Source of the DNA: an uncultured Lichenihabitans sp.
Lineage (GTDB): Bacteria; Pseudomonadota; Alphaproteobacteria; Rhizobiales; Beijerinckiaceae
Direction: 5' to 3'
Length of the DNA stretch: 64,000 bases
Assembly: GCA_964244255.1 (NCBI GenBank)
Contig: CAXTIC010000016.1
Location: forward strand, 7,695 to 71,694
The notes below the pieces were generated by a model, which worked only from the letters and a program-made list of their open reading frames with translations, ran no database searches and was not told the DNA's origin. Both the position numbers and the translations under genes were made by a program. Shown piece after piece: positions 29,210 to 39,404 of the stretch. Position 1 is the first letter of the stretch. Every line of letters begins with the position of its first letter.

Positions 29210-30706
29210 ATGCGCATCTTCACGGCTTCCTTTGCCACCGAAACCAACACGTCGTCCCCGGTGCCGACCGACCGTGCGAGCTTCGAGGCCGCGTTCTACG
29301 CCGCGCCCGGCGCCCACCCGGACACGCCGACGCTGTGCTCCTCGCCCATGGTGGCGCTGCGCCGCAGGGCCGCCGCCGACGGCATCGACCTGGTGGAGGG
29401 CACCGCGACCTGGGCCGAACCCGGCGGCCTGCTGCAGCGCGCGGCCTATGAAGAACTGCGGGACGAGATCCTCGCCCAGCTCGGAGCGGCCCTGCCGGTC
29501 GATGCCGTGGTGCTGGGCCTGCACGGCGCCATGGTGGCCCAAGGCTACGACGACTGCGAAGGGGATTTCCTGGAGCGCATCCGCGCGATGGTCGGCCCCA
29601 GCGTACTGATCGCGGCGGAACTCGACCCGCATAGCCACCTCACGGCGAAGCGCGTGGCCAACGCCGACGTTCTGGCGGCCTTCCTGGAGTTCCCCCATAC
29701 GGATTTCTACGAGCGCGGCGAGCATGTCGTCGACCTCGCGATCCGGACGCTTCGGGGCGAGATCAAGCCTGTCATCTCGACCTTCGATTGCCGCATGATC
29801 GACATCTATCCCACGAGCCGCGAGCCGATCCGCTCCTTTGTGGACAAGCTCAAGGCCATGCAGGGGCGGGATGGCGTGCTGTCCGCCTCGTTGATCCACG
29901 GCTTCATGGCGGGAGATGTCCCCGAGATGGGAACCCAGATCCTGTTGGTCACCGACAACGCCGCCGCCAAGGGAGCGGCGCTTGCCGAGACGCTCGGCAG
30001 GGAAGTGTTCGCGATGCGCGGCAAGACGGCCATGCCGATGGTGTCGACGGCCGCCGGTCTCGACCGCGCCACGGCCCTCGTGGCGCAGCGCCCGGGTAAG
30101 CCGGTCGTGATCGCCGACGTATGGGATAACCCGGGCGGTGGCGTCGCGGGGGACGGCACGCTCGTCTTGCGCGAGATCCTGGCGCGCCGTATGACCGATG
30201 TCGCGGTGGCGACGATCTGGGACCCGGTCGCCGTGAGCTTCTGCCGGGCCGCCGGGGACGGCGCGTGCATCGTGCTGCGTTTCGGCGGCAAGGCCGGGCC
30301 GGATGGGGGCGCCCCCATCGACGCCTCGGTCGAGGTTGTGCGGGCCGTGGACGAAGGCTGGCAGAGTTTCGGGGCGAGCCGCGTGACCCTCGGTCCGGCG
30401 GCGCTGGTGCGGATCGAGGGCACAAGCGTGCATGTGATCCTCAACACCAACCGGGCGCAGACCTTCGAGCCCGACATCTTTTCCAATCTCGGCCTCGACC
30501 CGCTCGCCCAGGACATCCTGCTGCTCAAGTCGACCAATCATTTTTATGCCGGCTTCGCCCCGGTCGCGGCCGAGATCATCTATGTCGACGCCGGCGCGCC
30601 ATACCCGTCGAACCCGAGAGTCACCGACTATCGCCGGATGACGCGGTCGATCTGGCCCCGTGTCAGCGATCCACACGGCTTCCTGTCGCAATCAGCCGAA
30701 GTTTGA
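29210..30706 (+). CDS. M81 family metallopeptidase (MlrC/microcystinase C-like, DUF1485)
   Basis: Composite ORF trimmed to ATG 29210. MRIFTASFATETNTSSP..., LGLHGAM and ELDPHSHLT motifs are characteristic of MlrC-like proteins. Confidence 0.85.
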   Translation: MRIFTASFATETNTSSPVPTDRASFEAAFYAAPGAHPDTPTLCSSPMVALRRRAAADGIDLVEGTATWAEPGGLLQRAAYEELRDEILAQLGAALPVDAVVLGLHGAMVAQGYDDCEGDFLERIRAMVGPSVLIAAELDPHSHLTAKRVANADVLAAFLEFPHTDFYERGEHVVDLAIRTLRGEIKPVISTFDCRMIDIYPTSREPIRSFVDKLKAMQGRDGVLSASLIHGFMAGDVPEMGTQILLVTDNAAAKGAALAETLGREVFAMRGKTAMPMVSTAAGLDRATALVAQRPGKPVVIADVWDNPGGGVAGDGTLVLREILARRMTDVAVATIWDPVAVSFCRAAGDGACIVLRFGGKAGPDGGAPIDASVEVVRAVDEGWQSFGASRVTLGPAALVRIEGTSVHVILNTNRAQTFEPDIFSNLGLDPLAQDILLLKSTNHFYAGFAPVAAEIIYVDAGAPYPSNPRVTDYRRMTRSIWPRVSDPHGFLSQSAEV

Positions 30707-31149
30707 AGGAGCGGAAAGGCGAAATGCCCCCTCGGCGTGTTTGACGACCCGATCGGACACGCGGCGCGCTTGCAGCGAAGGCCGAACCGACCACGCACTA
30801 CGGTGCCCGTGGCTTCGGGCCGGCTCGCGACCGTGCTCGACGCTCCGCCATCGCATGTCTTCGACAGCCATGCTCTTTGGCCACAGACGACGCACCTGCC
30901 TCTGCGCGTACGGCTCCCGATCGACGCCCTAGCGGCGGCGTTGCCGGAAGCGAAGACCCAGCGATCCTGGCAGGTCGCGTCTACCCGGCCCAGCTTTGAA
31001 GAAAGTATGAAGCGGCGCTGACCTGCTTCGCTGCGCCGGAGCGCGCTGAGACCCCCTTCGCAACAAGGCACCCGCGCGCAGGCAGCCTGACGCGCGTGGC
31101 CACGCCTCGCAAAATCACGGGTCCATATCGCTTAAGACTATAAAATGCT

Positions 31150-31225
<76 letters not shown>

Positions 31226-31573
31226 ATGTTGCCCCCATGGTCGGCGCTTGGGAACGCCGACCTCGCGCCGTTGCGCGCCGGGGAGGCGGCTGTATAGCGG
31301 CAGCGTGGCCGTATCACAAGGCCGCGGCGGCTTCGATGCCGGAATCTTTCAAACTCCGAGCGCCGTCGCGGCGGCGATCGGGGCCAAGCCAGGCCATGAG
31401 GGGCCCATGACGCGGACTGCCGCGGCAGGTGCCCGCACCGCCGGCCGACGTGGAGGACGCCGTGGCGGCTCGGGGTTCGCCGGGCCTTCGCAGGCGCGCC
31501 CGCCATACGGTTCGGGCGGCACGCAGGTCGGCGCGATCGTCTCGCGCCGTGGCCGCCGGAACCGCCTTCGCGC

Positions 31574-31948
31574 TCAGCGCTCCTCGTCGTCCTCGATCTC
31601 GCCGTCGATCAGGTCGGCGACATCGTCGTCCCCGGCGCCCTCCTCTTCCTCGAGAAAGGTGTCGTCGGCGGGCGCGTCCTCGACCTCGAGTTCGTCGGCG
31701 ACCGCCTCGACCTTGTCGCCCGGTTCCGCGTCCTCCAGGGACACGAGCTCGACCGCCGCCGTATCCGGCTCGAGTTCGACCTCGTCGCGCACCACCGCGG
31801 GCGCGGGGCGCGGGGACGCCCGGGCGACCGCCAGCGCCTGGAAGACCGTGCCGCACTTGGGGCAGACGATCGGGTCCCGGTTGAGATCGAAAAATCTGGT
31901 GCCGCAATTCTGGCACTGGTGCTTGGCGCCAAGTTCAGGTTTCGCCAC
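31574..31948 (-). CDS. TIGR02300 (FYDLN_acid) family zinc-ribbon protein
   Basis: MAKPELGAKHQCQNCGTRFFDLNRDPIVCPKCG is followed by a long acidic tail. It is conserved next to aroA in Alphaproteobacteria. Confidence 0.85.
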   Translation of the reverse strand: MAKPELGAKHQCQNCGTRFFDLNRDPIVCPKCGTVFQALAVARASPRPAPAVVRDEVELEPDTAAVELVSLEDAEPGDKVEAVADELEVEDAPADDTFLEEEEGAGDDDVADLIDGEIEDDEER

Positions 31949-32132
31949 GGCATATCCTCGGTCGACCGTCGCGGATGGCGCGATCGACCCTGTTCATGAG
32001 CGGAGCGACCCGTTAATGCGGGCTTGTGGTCGGCGTCAATGGGCAATCGGTGCGGGAGGCGGGTCATAATGACAGGCCGCACGGGTCCGTGTTAGTTGCC
32101 CGCCCGATCGTGACCCCTGTTCGGAGCCGTCC

Positions 32133-33485
32133 TTGTCGCACCCACGCCCGGCCCACGTCGCTTCCGGAGGCGCCAGCGCCACCCCGTCCGGGCCGTTGCG
32201 GGGGCGGCTGCGGCCGCCGGGGGACAAGTCGATCTCGCACCGCGCCTTCATCTTCGGCCTGCTTTGCCGCGGTCGGACATCCATCGCCGGCGTGCTCGAA
32301 GGCGAGGATGTGCTGCGGACGGCGGAGGCGTGCCGGGCGCTCGGGGCCGAGGTGACGCGGCATGCCGAAGGGCGCTGGAGCGTGGACGGCGTGGGGCTCG
32401 GCGGCTTGCGCGAACCCGGCGCCGTGCTCGATTTCGGCAACGCGGGGACCGGCAGCCGGCTCATGATGGGCGTCGTCGGGGGCGGCGGCGTCACCGCCAC
32501 GTTCGACGGCGACGCGTCGCTGCGCAAGCGCCCGATGCGTCGCATCCTCGACCCGATCGAGCGCATGGGCGCGACGGTCGCGGCCGCCGCCGCCGGCGGC
32601 CGCTGCCCGATCACGATCGCGGGTACGGCCGCGCCGCGCGCCATCGCGTACGAAACGCCGGTCCCGTCCGCGCAGATCAAGTCCGCCGTGCTGTTCGCCG
32701 GGCTCGGGGCCGAGGGCACCACGGTCGTGCTGGAGCGTGAGGCCTCGCGCGACCATACCGAGAGGATGCTCGCGCATTTCGGCGCGAGCGTCGCCGTCGA
32801 GCCCTGGGGCGGGACCGGCCGCCGCGTGTCGCTGGTCGGCCGGCCCGACCTCCGCGCCGCAGCCGTGTCGGTGCCGGCCGACCCGTCGTCGGCGGCGTTC
32901 GCGATCGTCGCGGCCCTCGTGGTGCCCGGGTCCGACATCGTGGTCCAGGGCGTCATGATGAACCCGTTGAGGACGGGGCTGATCGCCACGCTGCGTGACA
33001 TGGGGGCCGACATCGTCGAACGCGACCGTCGGGACGAGGGGGGCGAGGTGGTGGCCGATCTGCGCGTCCGCGCGTCGGCGCTCCGCGGCGTCGACGTCGC
33101 CGCCGCGCGCGCGCCTTCCATGATCGACGAATATCCCGTGCTCGCCGTGGCCTCGGCCTTCGCGAGCGGGGCGACCCGCATGCGGGGCCTGGGCGAATTG
33201 CGGGTCAAGGAATCCGACCGGCTCGCGGCGGTCGCGGCCGGGCTCGCGGCGGCGGGGGTCGCATACGCGATCGAGGGGGACGACCTCGTGGTCGAGGGGC
33301 GGGACGGGGCGGTCCCGGGCGGCGGGCGCGTCTCGACCCACCTCGACCACCGCATCGCCATGAGCTTCCTCGTGCTCGGCCTCGCCTGCGCGAAGGGCAT
33401 GGCGGTCGACGACGACGCCATGATCGCGACGAGCTACCCGGCGTTCAAGGCCGACCTCGGCGCGCTCGGCGCCACCTTTTCCTGA
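32133..33485 (+). CDS. aroA: 3-phosphoshikimate 1-carboxyvinyltransferase (class II EPSP synthase)
   Basis: TTG start. It has [23 protein letters not shown] and RVKESDRL motifs. The N-terminus MSH... is as in rhizobial class II enzymes. Confidence 0.95.
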   Translation: MSHPRPAHVASGGASATPSGPLRGRLRPPGDKSISHRAFIFGLLCRGRTSIAGVLEGEDVLRTAEACRALGAEVTRHAEGRWSVDGVGLGGLREPGAVLDFGNAGTGSRLMMGVVGGGGVTATFDGDASLRKRPMRRILDPIERMGATVAAAAAGGRCPITIAGTAAPRAIAYETPVPSAQIKSAVLFAGLGAEGTTVVLEREASRDHTERMLAHFGASVAVEPWGGTGRRVSLVGRPDLRAAAVSVPADPSSAAFAIVAALVVPGSDIVVQGVMMNPLRTGLIATLRDMGADIVERDRRDEGGEVVADLRVRASALRGVDVAAARAPSMIDEYPVLAVASAFASGATRMRGLGELRVKESDRLAAVAAGLAAAGVAYAIEGDDLVVEGRDGAVPGGGRVSTHLDHRIAMSFLVLGLACAKGMAVDDDAMIATSYPAFKADLGALGATFS

Positions 33486-33492
33486 GAGCGGC

Positions 33493-34143
33493 GTGATCAT
33501 CGCCATCGACGGGCCGGCCGCCTCGGGCAAGGGCACGCTCGCGCGCAAGCTCGCCGCCCATTTCGGGTTGCCGCACCTCGATACCGGGCTGCTCTACCGG
33601 GCGACAGCCCGCGCGCTGATGGAGGCCGGCGAGAAGCTCGACCACGTCGGCGCCGCGGTGGCGGCCGCCCGCGGGCTCGCGCTGACGGACTTCGACGAGG
33701 AGCTGCTGCGCGGCCGCGCCATGGGGGAGGCCGCCTCGGTGGTGGCCGCGATCCCGGCCGTGCGGGACACGCTCGTCGCCGCGCAGCGCAACTTCGCGGC
33801 GCGCACGGGGGGCGCGGTGCTCGACGGCCGCGACATCGGCACCGTGATCTGCCCCGCCGCGCCGGTGAAGATCTACGTCACCGCGAGCCCGCACACGCGC
33901 GCCCAGCGCCGCGCGCTCGAACTCGCGCGGCGCGGCGAACCTGCCGACTTCGCCGCCATCCTCGACGACATCCGCAAGCGCGACGCGCGCGATACGTCCC
34001 GTTCGGTCGCGCCCCTGCGGCCGGCCGACGACGCGATGCCGCTCGACACGACGGCGCTCGACGCGGACAAGTCCTTCCGGGCGGCGCTCGACCTCGTGCG
34101 CGCGCGGATGCCGGACGCCGTTTTGCTCGGGGCGTCGCGGTGA
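33493..34143 (+). CDS. cmk: cytidylate kinase
   Basis: GTG start. It has [14 protein letters not shown] and LDGRDIGTV motifs. Confidence 0.95.
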   Translation: MIIAIDGPAASGKGTLARKLAAHFGLPHLDTGLLYRATARALMEAGEKLDHVGAAVAAARGLALTDFDEELLRGRAMGEAASVVAAIPAVRDTLVAAQRNFAARTGGAVLDGRDIGTVICPAAPVKIYVTASPHTRAQRRALELARRGEPADFAAILDDIRKRDARDTSRSVAPLRPADDAMPLDTTALDADKSFRAALDLVRARMPDAVLLGASR

Positions 34144-34166
34144 GCCCTCCCCGAAGTTCGGCAAGC

Positions 34167-34964
34167 TCACGTCCCGAGCCCCGCCATCAAGGCCCTGATC
34201 CGGTCGCCGAAGCGCGCCGCCGAACCGTCGACGACCTCGTTGCGGTCGTAGGCGTCGAAATCGCCCCACGTCCGGGTGAACGGACCGAGCTGCCCGCGCG
34301 CGAGGCGCCGCGCCCAATGGGTTCTCGATCGCGTGAAGTAGTGGTGCACGTTCCACGGCGAGGCGGGTGGCACGACGGCGAGCTTTCCGGGGCTCGCCCA
34401 CACCACCGGCCCACCGTCGGGCAGGACCGTATCGCCGTCGACGACGAAGCGGTGGGCGTTGACGCAGGCCCGCACCGCCCCCGGCCGGACGAGATCCTTG
34501 ACGTGCCGATTGGGCTCGAACTCGAGGGGCGCCCGCCGCGTGAAGCTCTCGATCACGAGACCGGCCGGGGCCTCCGCGTGGCCCGACGAACCGAAGATCC
34601 TCCACGGCACCGCGACCGCCGCGACATCGGGCGACTGGGCGCCGATGAGGGCCCGCACGGAAGCGCCATCCCGCCCCACCAGGAACTCGTCCGCGTCGAG
34701 GAACCCGACCCAGTCGAACTCCGCCTTGAGCTCGGCGCAGGCCGCGAGATACACGGCTTCCTGGGTGCGCGGGCCGGTTCGCCCCGTCGCGAACACGCGG
34801 ATGTCCGCCAAGGGGGCGGCCGACGCGGCACGCCGCACGGTGTCGTCGGTCGATCCATGGTCGATCACGACCACGGCGTCGAACCCGACGAGGTGATGGA
34901 ACAATATCCATTCGAGGATGCCGTCGGCCTCGTCGCGCACCATCGCGCACACCGCGCACTTCAC
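34167..34964 (-). CDS. glycosyltransferase (GT2/GT92-like fold)
   Basis: 265 aa. VCAMVRDEADGILEWILFHHLVGFDAVVVIDHGSTDDT...FLDADEF has the Rossmann-like GT-A signature with a DxD motif. Confidence 0.75.
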   Translation of the reverse strand: MKCAVCAMVRDEADGILEWILFHHLVGFDAVVVIDHGSTDDTVRRAASAAPLADIRVFATGRTGPRTQEAVYLAACAELKAEFDWVGFLDADEFLVGRDGASVRALIGAQSPDVAAVAVPWRIFGSSGHAEAPAGLVIESFTRRAPLEFEPNRHVKDLVRPGAVRACVNAHRFVVDGDTVLPDGGPVVWASPGKLAVVPPASPWNVHHYFTRSRTHWARRLARGQLGPFTRTWGDFDAYDRNEVVDGSAARFGDRIRALMAGLGT

Positions 34965-35034
34965 CGCCGGTCAGACCCGTTCCGGAGCGGGCCGGCGTTT
35001 GCGCGCCAGCCCGCGCGACCGTGGCGCCCCCGCG

Positions 35035-36279
35035 TCATCGGGGATAGGCGTCGCCGGACGCCGGGCCGTGCTTGACCGCGCCGATCAGCTTCAGCGTGTT
35101 CTGCACGCAGACGTTCCGGTCGTAGCGCGCCCTCGCGACCCGGCGCGCCCGTTCCCGCATGGGGGCGAAGGCCTCGCCGTTCCCCAAGACCTCGATGATC
35201 CGCCCCGCCAAGGCGTCCGAGTCGAAGAAGTCCACCAGGATGCCGCTGTCCGCGTCCACGGCCTCGCGGACGGGCGCCGTGTCGGAGGCGATCACGGCAC
35301 ACCCCACCGCCATGGCCTCGATCAGCGACCACGACAGCACGAAGGGGTAGGTCAGGTAGACGTGCGCCGCGGAGACTTGCAGGACTTTCAAATATTCCGC
35401 ATAGGGCACCTTGTCCAGGAAGTGGACGCGATCGACGTCGAGCCTGTCCTTGACCTCCTCGAAGAAGATGCTCTTCCACGAGGCGCCGGCAGGCGGCGGC
35501 GCCCCATAGGAGACGTGGTCGCCGCCGATGATCACGACCTGGGCCTCGCGGCGCTCCTCGAGAACGCGCGGCAGGGAGCGCATGAAGGTGTGGTACCCGC
35601 GCAGGGGCTCGAGGTTGCGGCACACGAACGTGACGACCTCGTCCCCACGCTTGAGGACGCCGCCTTTCCGGAGGCGCACGCTGGCGTCGGGGTCGGGTCT
35701 CGCCTTGTCGACATCGATGCCTTCGTGGCAGACCTTGATCTTGCGCTGGAACTCGACCGGGAAGGTCGAACGCTGCCAGCGCGTGGGCGACAGCCCGATG
35801 TCGCTTTCCGCCAAGGCCAGCAGCGTACACGCGTTTCGCGCCTGTAGGCCGACGATGCCGTCGAGGCTGAGCGAGCCGGCTTCCGGGTCGAAGTTCACGT
35901 CGAGCCCCTCGTGCTTGTAGAAGAACTCGCAATAGGTGACGAGCTTGGAACCGGGGAACAGGCCCCGCAGCGGCAGGTTCTCGCCCCAGCCGCAATGCAC
36001 CATGACGATGTCGGGTACGAAGCCGTTCGCCCGGATCTGCGTCGCGAGATACAGGACCTGCTCGGCCCGGCGGCATTCGAGATCGAAGCGCCGGGCGAAA
36101 GGGTGCGTGTTCGAAACGTCGGGGGGATGGAAGGTATAGCGGTACAGCGCGACCTTCGGCACTGGCCGGGCGCTTTGCGAGCCGATGGCGACCGCTTCGT
36201 TGGCCGGATCCTCGGCGAGCGCGGATGCGAGATTGTGAAACTGCGCCGGGAAGTTCTGATGGACGAACAGGACACGCAT
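35035..36279 (-). CDS. GT4-family (GT-B fold) glycosyltransferase
   Basis: 414 aa. It has an MRVLFVHQNFP N-terminus and a C-terminal sugar-donor motif FVLSWSLIEAMAVGCAVIASD. Confidence 0.85.
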   Translation of the reverse strand: MRVLFVHQNFPAQFHNLASALAEDPANEAVAIGSQSARPVPKVALYRYTFHPPDVSNTHPFARRFDLECRRAEQVLYLATQIRANGFVPDIVMVHCGWGENLPLRGLFPGSKLVTYCEFFYKHEGLDVNFDPEAGSLSLDGIVGLQARNACTLLALAESDIGLSPTRWQRSTFPVEFQRKIKVCHEGIDVDKARPDPDASVRLRKGGVLKRGDEVVTFVCRNLEPLRGYHTFMRSLPRVLEERREAQVVIIGGDHVSYGAPPPAGASWKSIFFEEVKDRLDVDRVHFLDKVPYAEYLKVLQVSAAHVYLTYPFVLSWSLIEAMAVGCAVIASDTAPVREAVDADSGILVDFFDSDALAGRIIEVLGNGEAFAPMRERARRVARARYDRNVCVQNTLKLIGAVKHGPASGDAYPR

Positions 36280-36283
36280 CCGT

Positions 36284-36961
36284 TCATCCGCTCTCGGCCG
36301 CGGTCATGAGCTCTTGCCGCAGCAGGAATCCCGCCGCCGTCGGATCAAGGAACGCCCGCAGGGCGGCCTTGTCGGCGTCAGGCATCAGCAGCAGCGCCCA
36401 AAGGTCGAAGCAACTGCCCGGGCCGACGAGCACTTCCGCGAACCCCGCCTGCAGTGCCACGGTGCCGAGGTGATCGGCGGTGAAGCCGCAATTGTGGGCC
36501 ATGAACACGCTGCCCGAGGCGATCGATCTGCCGTGGCCGAAGAGCATGTCCTGCACCGTGATGGGCCCGGCGGGTGCGTCATAGGCCTTGTACGCGAGGC
36601 CATGGGCGACGAGGAGCTTGCCCACCGCGACGAGGTCCGGGCAGGTGATCAGCGCGAAGCCGTCCGGTTTGAGGATGCGCCGGAACTCCCGCAGCGAAGG
36701 GAGAACCTCGTGGGCATGCAGGTGCTCGATGTTGTGGGACGACCAGATGGCGTCGAAGAACGCGTCGTCGAAGAACGCGCGCATGTCGTTCACCGAGCCG
36801 ACGTGGTCCGGGTCCGTGCGCGGGTCGATATCGAGCGCGACCTCGCGCCACTGGTCCGGCACGAAGCCGTTGAACAGGCGTTTCGGGCTTCGCGGGCCCG
36901 CGCCCGCGTTGAGAACCGTCTTGATCGTCGCGACGGCGTTGGTTCCGGCGGTTGCACTCAT
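36284..36961 (-). CDS. class I SAM-dependent methyltransferase
   Basis: Composite ORF trimmed to ATG 36961 (MSATAGTN). It has motif I VLNAGAGP and a post-I acidic residue, plus RILKPDGFALITCPD. Its start lies 4 nt after the stop of the upstream GT4 gene. Confidence 0.85.
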   Translation of the reverse strand: MSATAGTNAVATIKTVLNAGAGPRSPKRLFNGFVPDQWREVALDIDPRTDPDHVGSVNDMRAFFDDAFFDAIWSSHNIEHLHAHEVLPSLREFRRILKPDGFALITCPDLVAVGKLLVAHGLAYKAYDAPAGPITVQDMLFGHGRSIASGSVFMAHNCGFTADHLGTVALQAGFAEVLVGPGSCFDLWALLLMPDADKAALRAFLDPTAAGFLLRQELMTAAESG

Positions 36962-37040
36962 GGCGGCCCCTGCCAGGTTCGATCTGTTCCCACGCGACCA
37001 ACGCTCCAATCTCGATCCCGATCGTTTCGGGTGTTGCCCG

Positions 37041-39404
37041 CTACGCGCCGGGCGGAACCGGCGTGGCGGTCGGCTGATGTCGCTGGCGCGCCGGCATCGG
37101 GCGCGGCGGCCACGCCAGGCCCGAATACGGCAACCCGTCGAGGGACAGCAACGGGCTGTAGAAAGGGTCGGCGCCCAAGACGTCGCCCCAGCGGTTCCGC
37201 AGGTTCGCGAGTTCCCGCGCGGCTCTCGCCTTGGCGTCGGGCCGGGCGTCCCGCCCCCGGCTCGATGCTTCCCGATGGACCAGCCGGGCGAAGGGCGTGA
37301 AGACGACACGGTAACGGTTGGCGCGCAGCTTGAGGCAATAGTCGACGTCGTTGAAGTTGATCGGAAAGCGGACCGCGTCGAACCCCCCATGCGCGCGAAA
37401 GACGCGCCGGCGCGTCAAAAGGCAAGCCGCCGTCACGGCGCTGCACTCATGCGCGACATCGAGCAGGTCGGCATATCCCGGGTCTCCCTCGATGCGATCC
37501 TGGAACGCTTCGACGGCCGCGAAGTCGGGGCCGAGCGCGATCCCGCCGTGCTGGACCACGCCGCTCGGCCACGACAGCAGCGCCCCGACGGCGCCGACAT
37601 CCGGCTCGGCCGAGCGGCCGAGCATCTCGTTCAGCCATCCGCTCTCGCGAGCCTCGACGTCGTTGTTAAGAAACAGCAGGAAATCGCCGCTGGCGAGGGC
37701 GGCCGCTTCGTTGTTGAGGGCGGCATAGTTGAAATGGCCCTTCGCGGGCAGGACCCGCACGTCCGGGCCGGCGACCCGGTCGAGATAGGCGAGAAGCTCG
37801 GGATCGGAGGAGCCGTTGTCGACGACGATCACCTCGCGGTCGATATCGGCCAACGTGTCGCGGAGCGAGTCGAGGCAGGGTTCGAGCAGATCGAGCCGGT
37901 TCCGGGTCGGGATGATGATGGACACCCGCCCGCGCGGGCGCAACCGCGCGATGCGCACGGCGGGGAGGAGTTTTCCGCGCCCCGCCGTGAGACGCGCCGG
38001 CATGCCCTTCGCCCGCAGGTGGGTGTCGGCCGCCCGGATCAGGGCGGGACTCAGGTCCTGGTGCGCCAGCGCGGGCAGTTGCGCGAGGACTCCCGGGACG
38101 TGGACGGGGAGTTCCTCCTCCCCCGGGGCACGGTCCAGTTGCGCGTTGAACAGGCGGAAAAGGCTGTCCGCCCCCTCGGCGAGCGCCCGCAGCACAATTT
38201 CGCGGCGCATCGCGAAAAAGTACGCGCAATAACCCTGCTCGAGGCAGCGTTCGCAATCGAAGGCGCTGAAGAAGATGGGCCAGGGCTGCCGGCCCACCGT
38301 AGCGGCCACGTCGGCATAGGCGGACATCGCCCGCGGAAACCGGAACAGGGCGTCGTCGAGCGACGCCAGGGCGCCCGCGGCGAGCCGCGTCCCCGCGAGG
38401 GCGAAGACGATCGTGGAACAAACGCCCGCGTCGGCTTCCAGAAATCGGCCGAGGTCGCGCGGGTCGAACGTGCCCGGCGCGCCGCCGTCCGAAAGCGAGG
38501 CCGCGACCCAGTCGCAGCCGACCTGGGCGTCGAGGCTGTCGTGCGACCGCTCGACGTCGGCATGCCCGATCAGGACCGTCGCCACGATGCCGCGGGCCCG
38601 GTCGTCGGGCGTGCCCATCGGGAAGCGCGCGGCCCACTCGGGGAACTGCGCCATCGGCAGCGACTGGGGAAGGAGCCGGTCGATGAAGCGGGCGCGCAGC
38701 GTTTCGGATTCGAGTTCGGCGTGACCGCCGATGAACGCCGCGAGCCCGTCGGGAAAGGCGATCACCAGGCAGGGGCTGCCGTCCACCGTCCCGCCATCGC
38801 TCGCCACGAGGTCGACCTGCCGAACGCGACCGTCGGCGAACCGCTCCGGAAGGTCGAGGGTGAACGAGGGCGTCACGTACCAGGCGTTGCCGTGGTCCAC
38901 GTGGGTCCAGCCCGTCGCTCCGGTCTCGGCCACGACCTCACCGTCGACGAGGGCCTTCACCCGCGTTTTGCCCTCGCGGTCGCCGCGCGCGAGGGCGCCG
39001 GAAAACCGCAGTCCCCCGAGCCAGCGGACGGACGCGGCGGGCTCCGGCGGAGCGGCGGGCGGAAGGCGATCCAACCGGATCGGCACGCCAACGGGCTCGC
39101 CCGTGTTGGCGAGCCGAACGTCCAGGACGGCCGCATTGGCGAACAGGCTCTGGGCGAAGACGAAAACGAAGCCGAAGCAGCCATCGCCCAATCCCGCCGT
39201 CTGCAGGTCGTGGATGTACACGTCCGCACGGGCAAGACCGATCGGCAGCCCGTCCGCCATGAGCTCGACGACGAAACGGGTGTTCGGAGCGGCCGGGTCG
39301 AACACGTGCCCGCGCACCGCGTTGCCGGACGACAGCGACGCCGCGGCACGCAGGCCACGCTCGGGGGCGATCGCGGCGGGGACGGGGGCGGCGTCGTCCC
39401 TCAT
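37041..39404 (-). CDS. large multidomain protein with a C-terminal GT2 glycosyltransferase domain
   Basis: Trimmed to ATG 39404 (MRDDAAPVP), with an ATGA overlap on the upstream stop. It is 787 aa. The GT2 core is VSIIIPTRNRLDLLEPCLDSL...VIVVDNGSSD...LFLNNDVE...QHGG. About 500 N-terminal residues have no domain I can name. Confidence 0.85.
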   Translation of the reverse strand: MRDDAAPVPAAIAPERGLRAAASLSSGNAVRGHVFDPAAPNTRFVVELMADGLPIGLARADVYIHDLQTAGLGDGCFGFVFVFAQSLFANAAVLDVRLANTGEPVGVPIRLDRLPPAAPPEPAASVRWLGGLRFSGALARGDREGKTRVKALVDGEVVAETGATGWTHVDHGNAWYVTPSFTLDLPERFADGRVRQVDLVASDGGTVDGSPCLVIAFPDGLAAFIGGHAELESETLRARFIDRLLPQSLPMAQFPEWAARFPMGTPDDRARGIVATVLIGHADVERSHDSLDAQVGCDWVAASLSDGGAPGTFDPRDLGRFLEADAGVCSTIVFALAGTRLAAGALASLDDALFRFPRAMSAYADVAATVGRQPWPIFFSAFDCERCLEQGYCAYFFAMRREIVLRALAEGADSLFRLFNAQLDRAPGEEELPVHVPGVLAQLPALAHQDLSPALIRAADTHLRAKGMPARLTAGRGKLLPAVRIARLRPRGRVSIIIPTRNRLDLLEPCLDSLRDTLADIDREVIVVDNGSSDPELLAYLDRVAGPDVRVLPAKGHFNYAALNNEAAALASGDFLLFLNNDVEARESGWLNEMLGRSAEPDVGAVGALLSWPSGVVQHGGIALGPDFAAVEAFQDRIEGDPGYADLLDVAHECSAVTAACLLTRRRVFRAHGGFDAVRFPINFNDVDYCLKLRANRYRVVFTPFARLVHREASSRGRDARPDAKARAARELANLRNRWGDVLGADPFYSPLLSLDGLPYSGLAWPPRPMPARQRHQPTATPVPPGA

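Noticed and set aside
30707-31149. About 440-nt non-coding stretch next to tRNA-Ala(GGC), examined as a possible att site. I looked for a direct repeat of the tRNA 3' end near 17.7-18.4 kb.
   Set aside because: Only a trivial TGGTGG hexamer recurs. There is no integrase gene, so a tRNA-targeted integrative island is not supported by the sequence itself.
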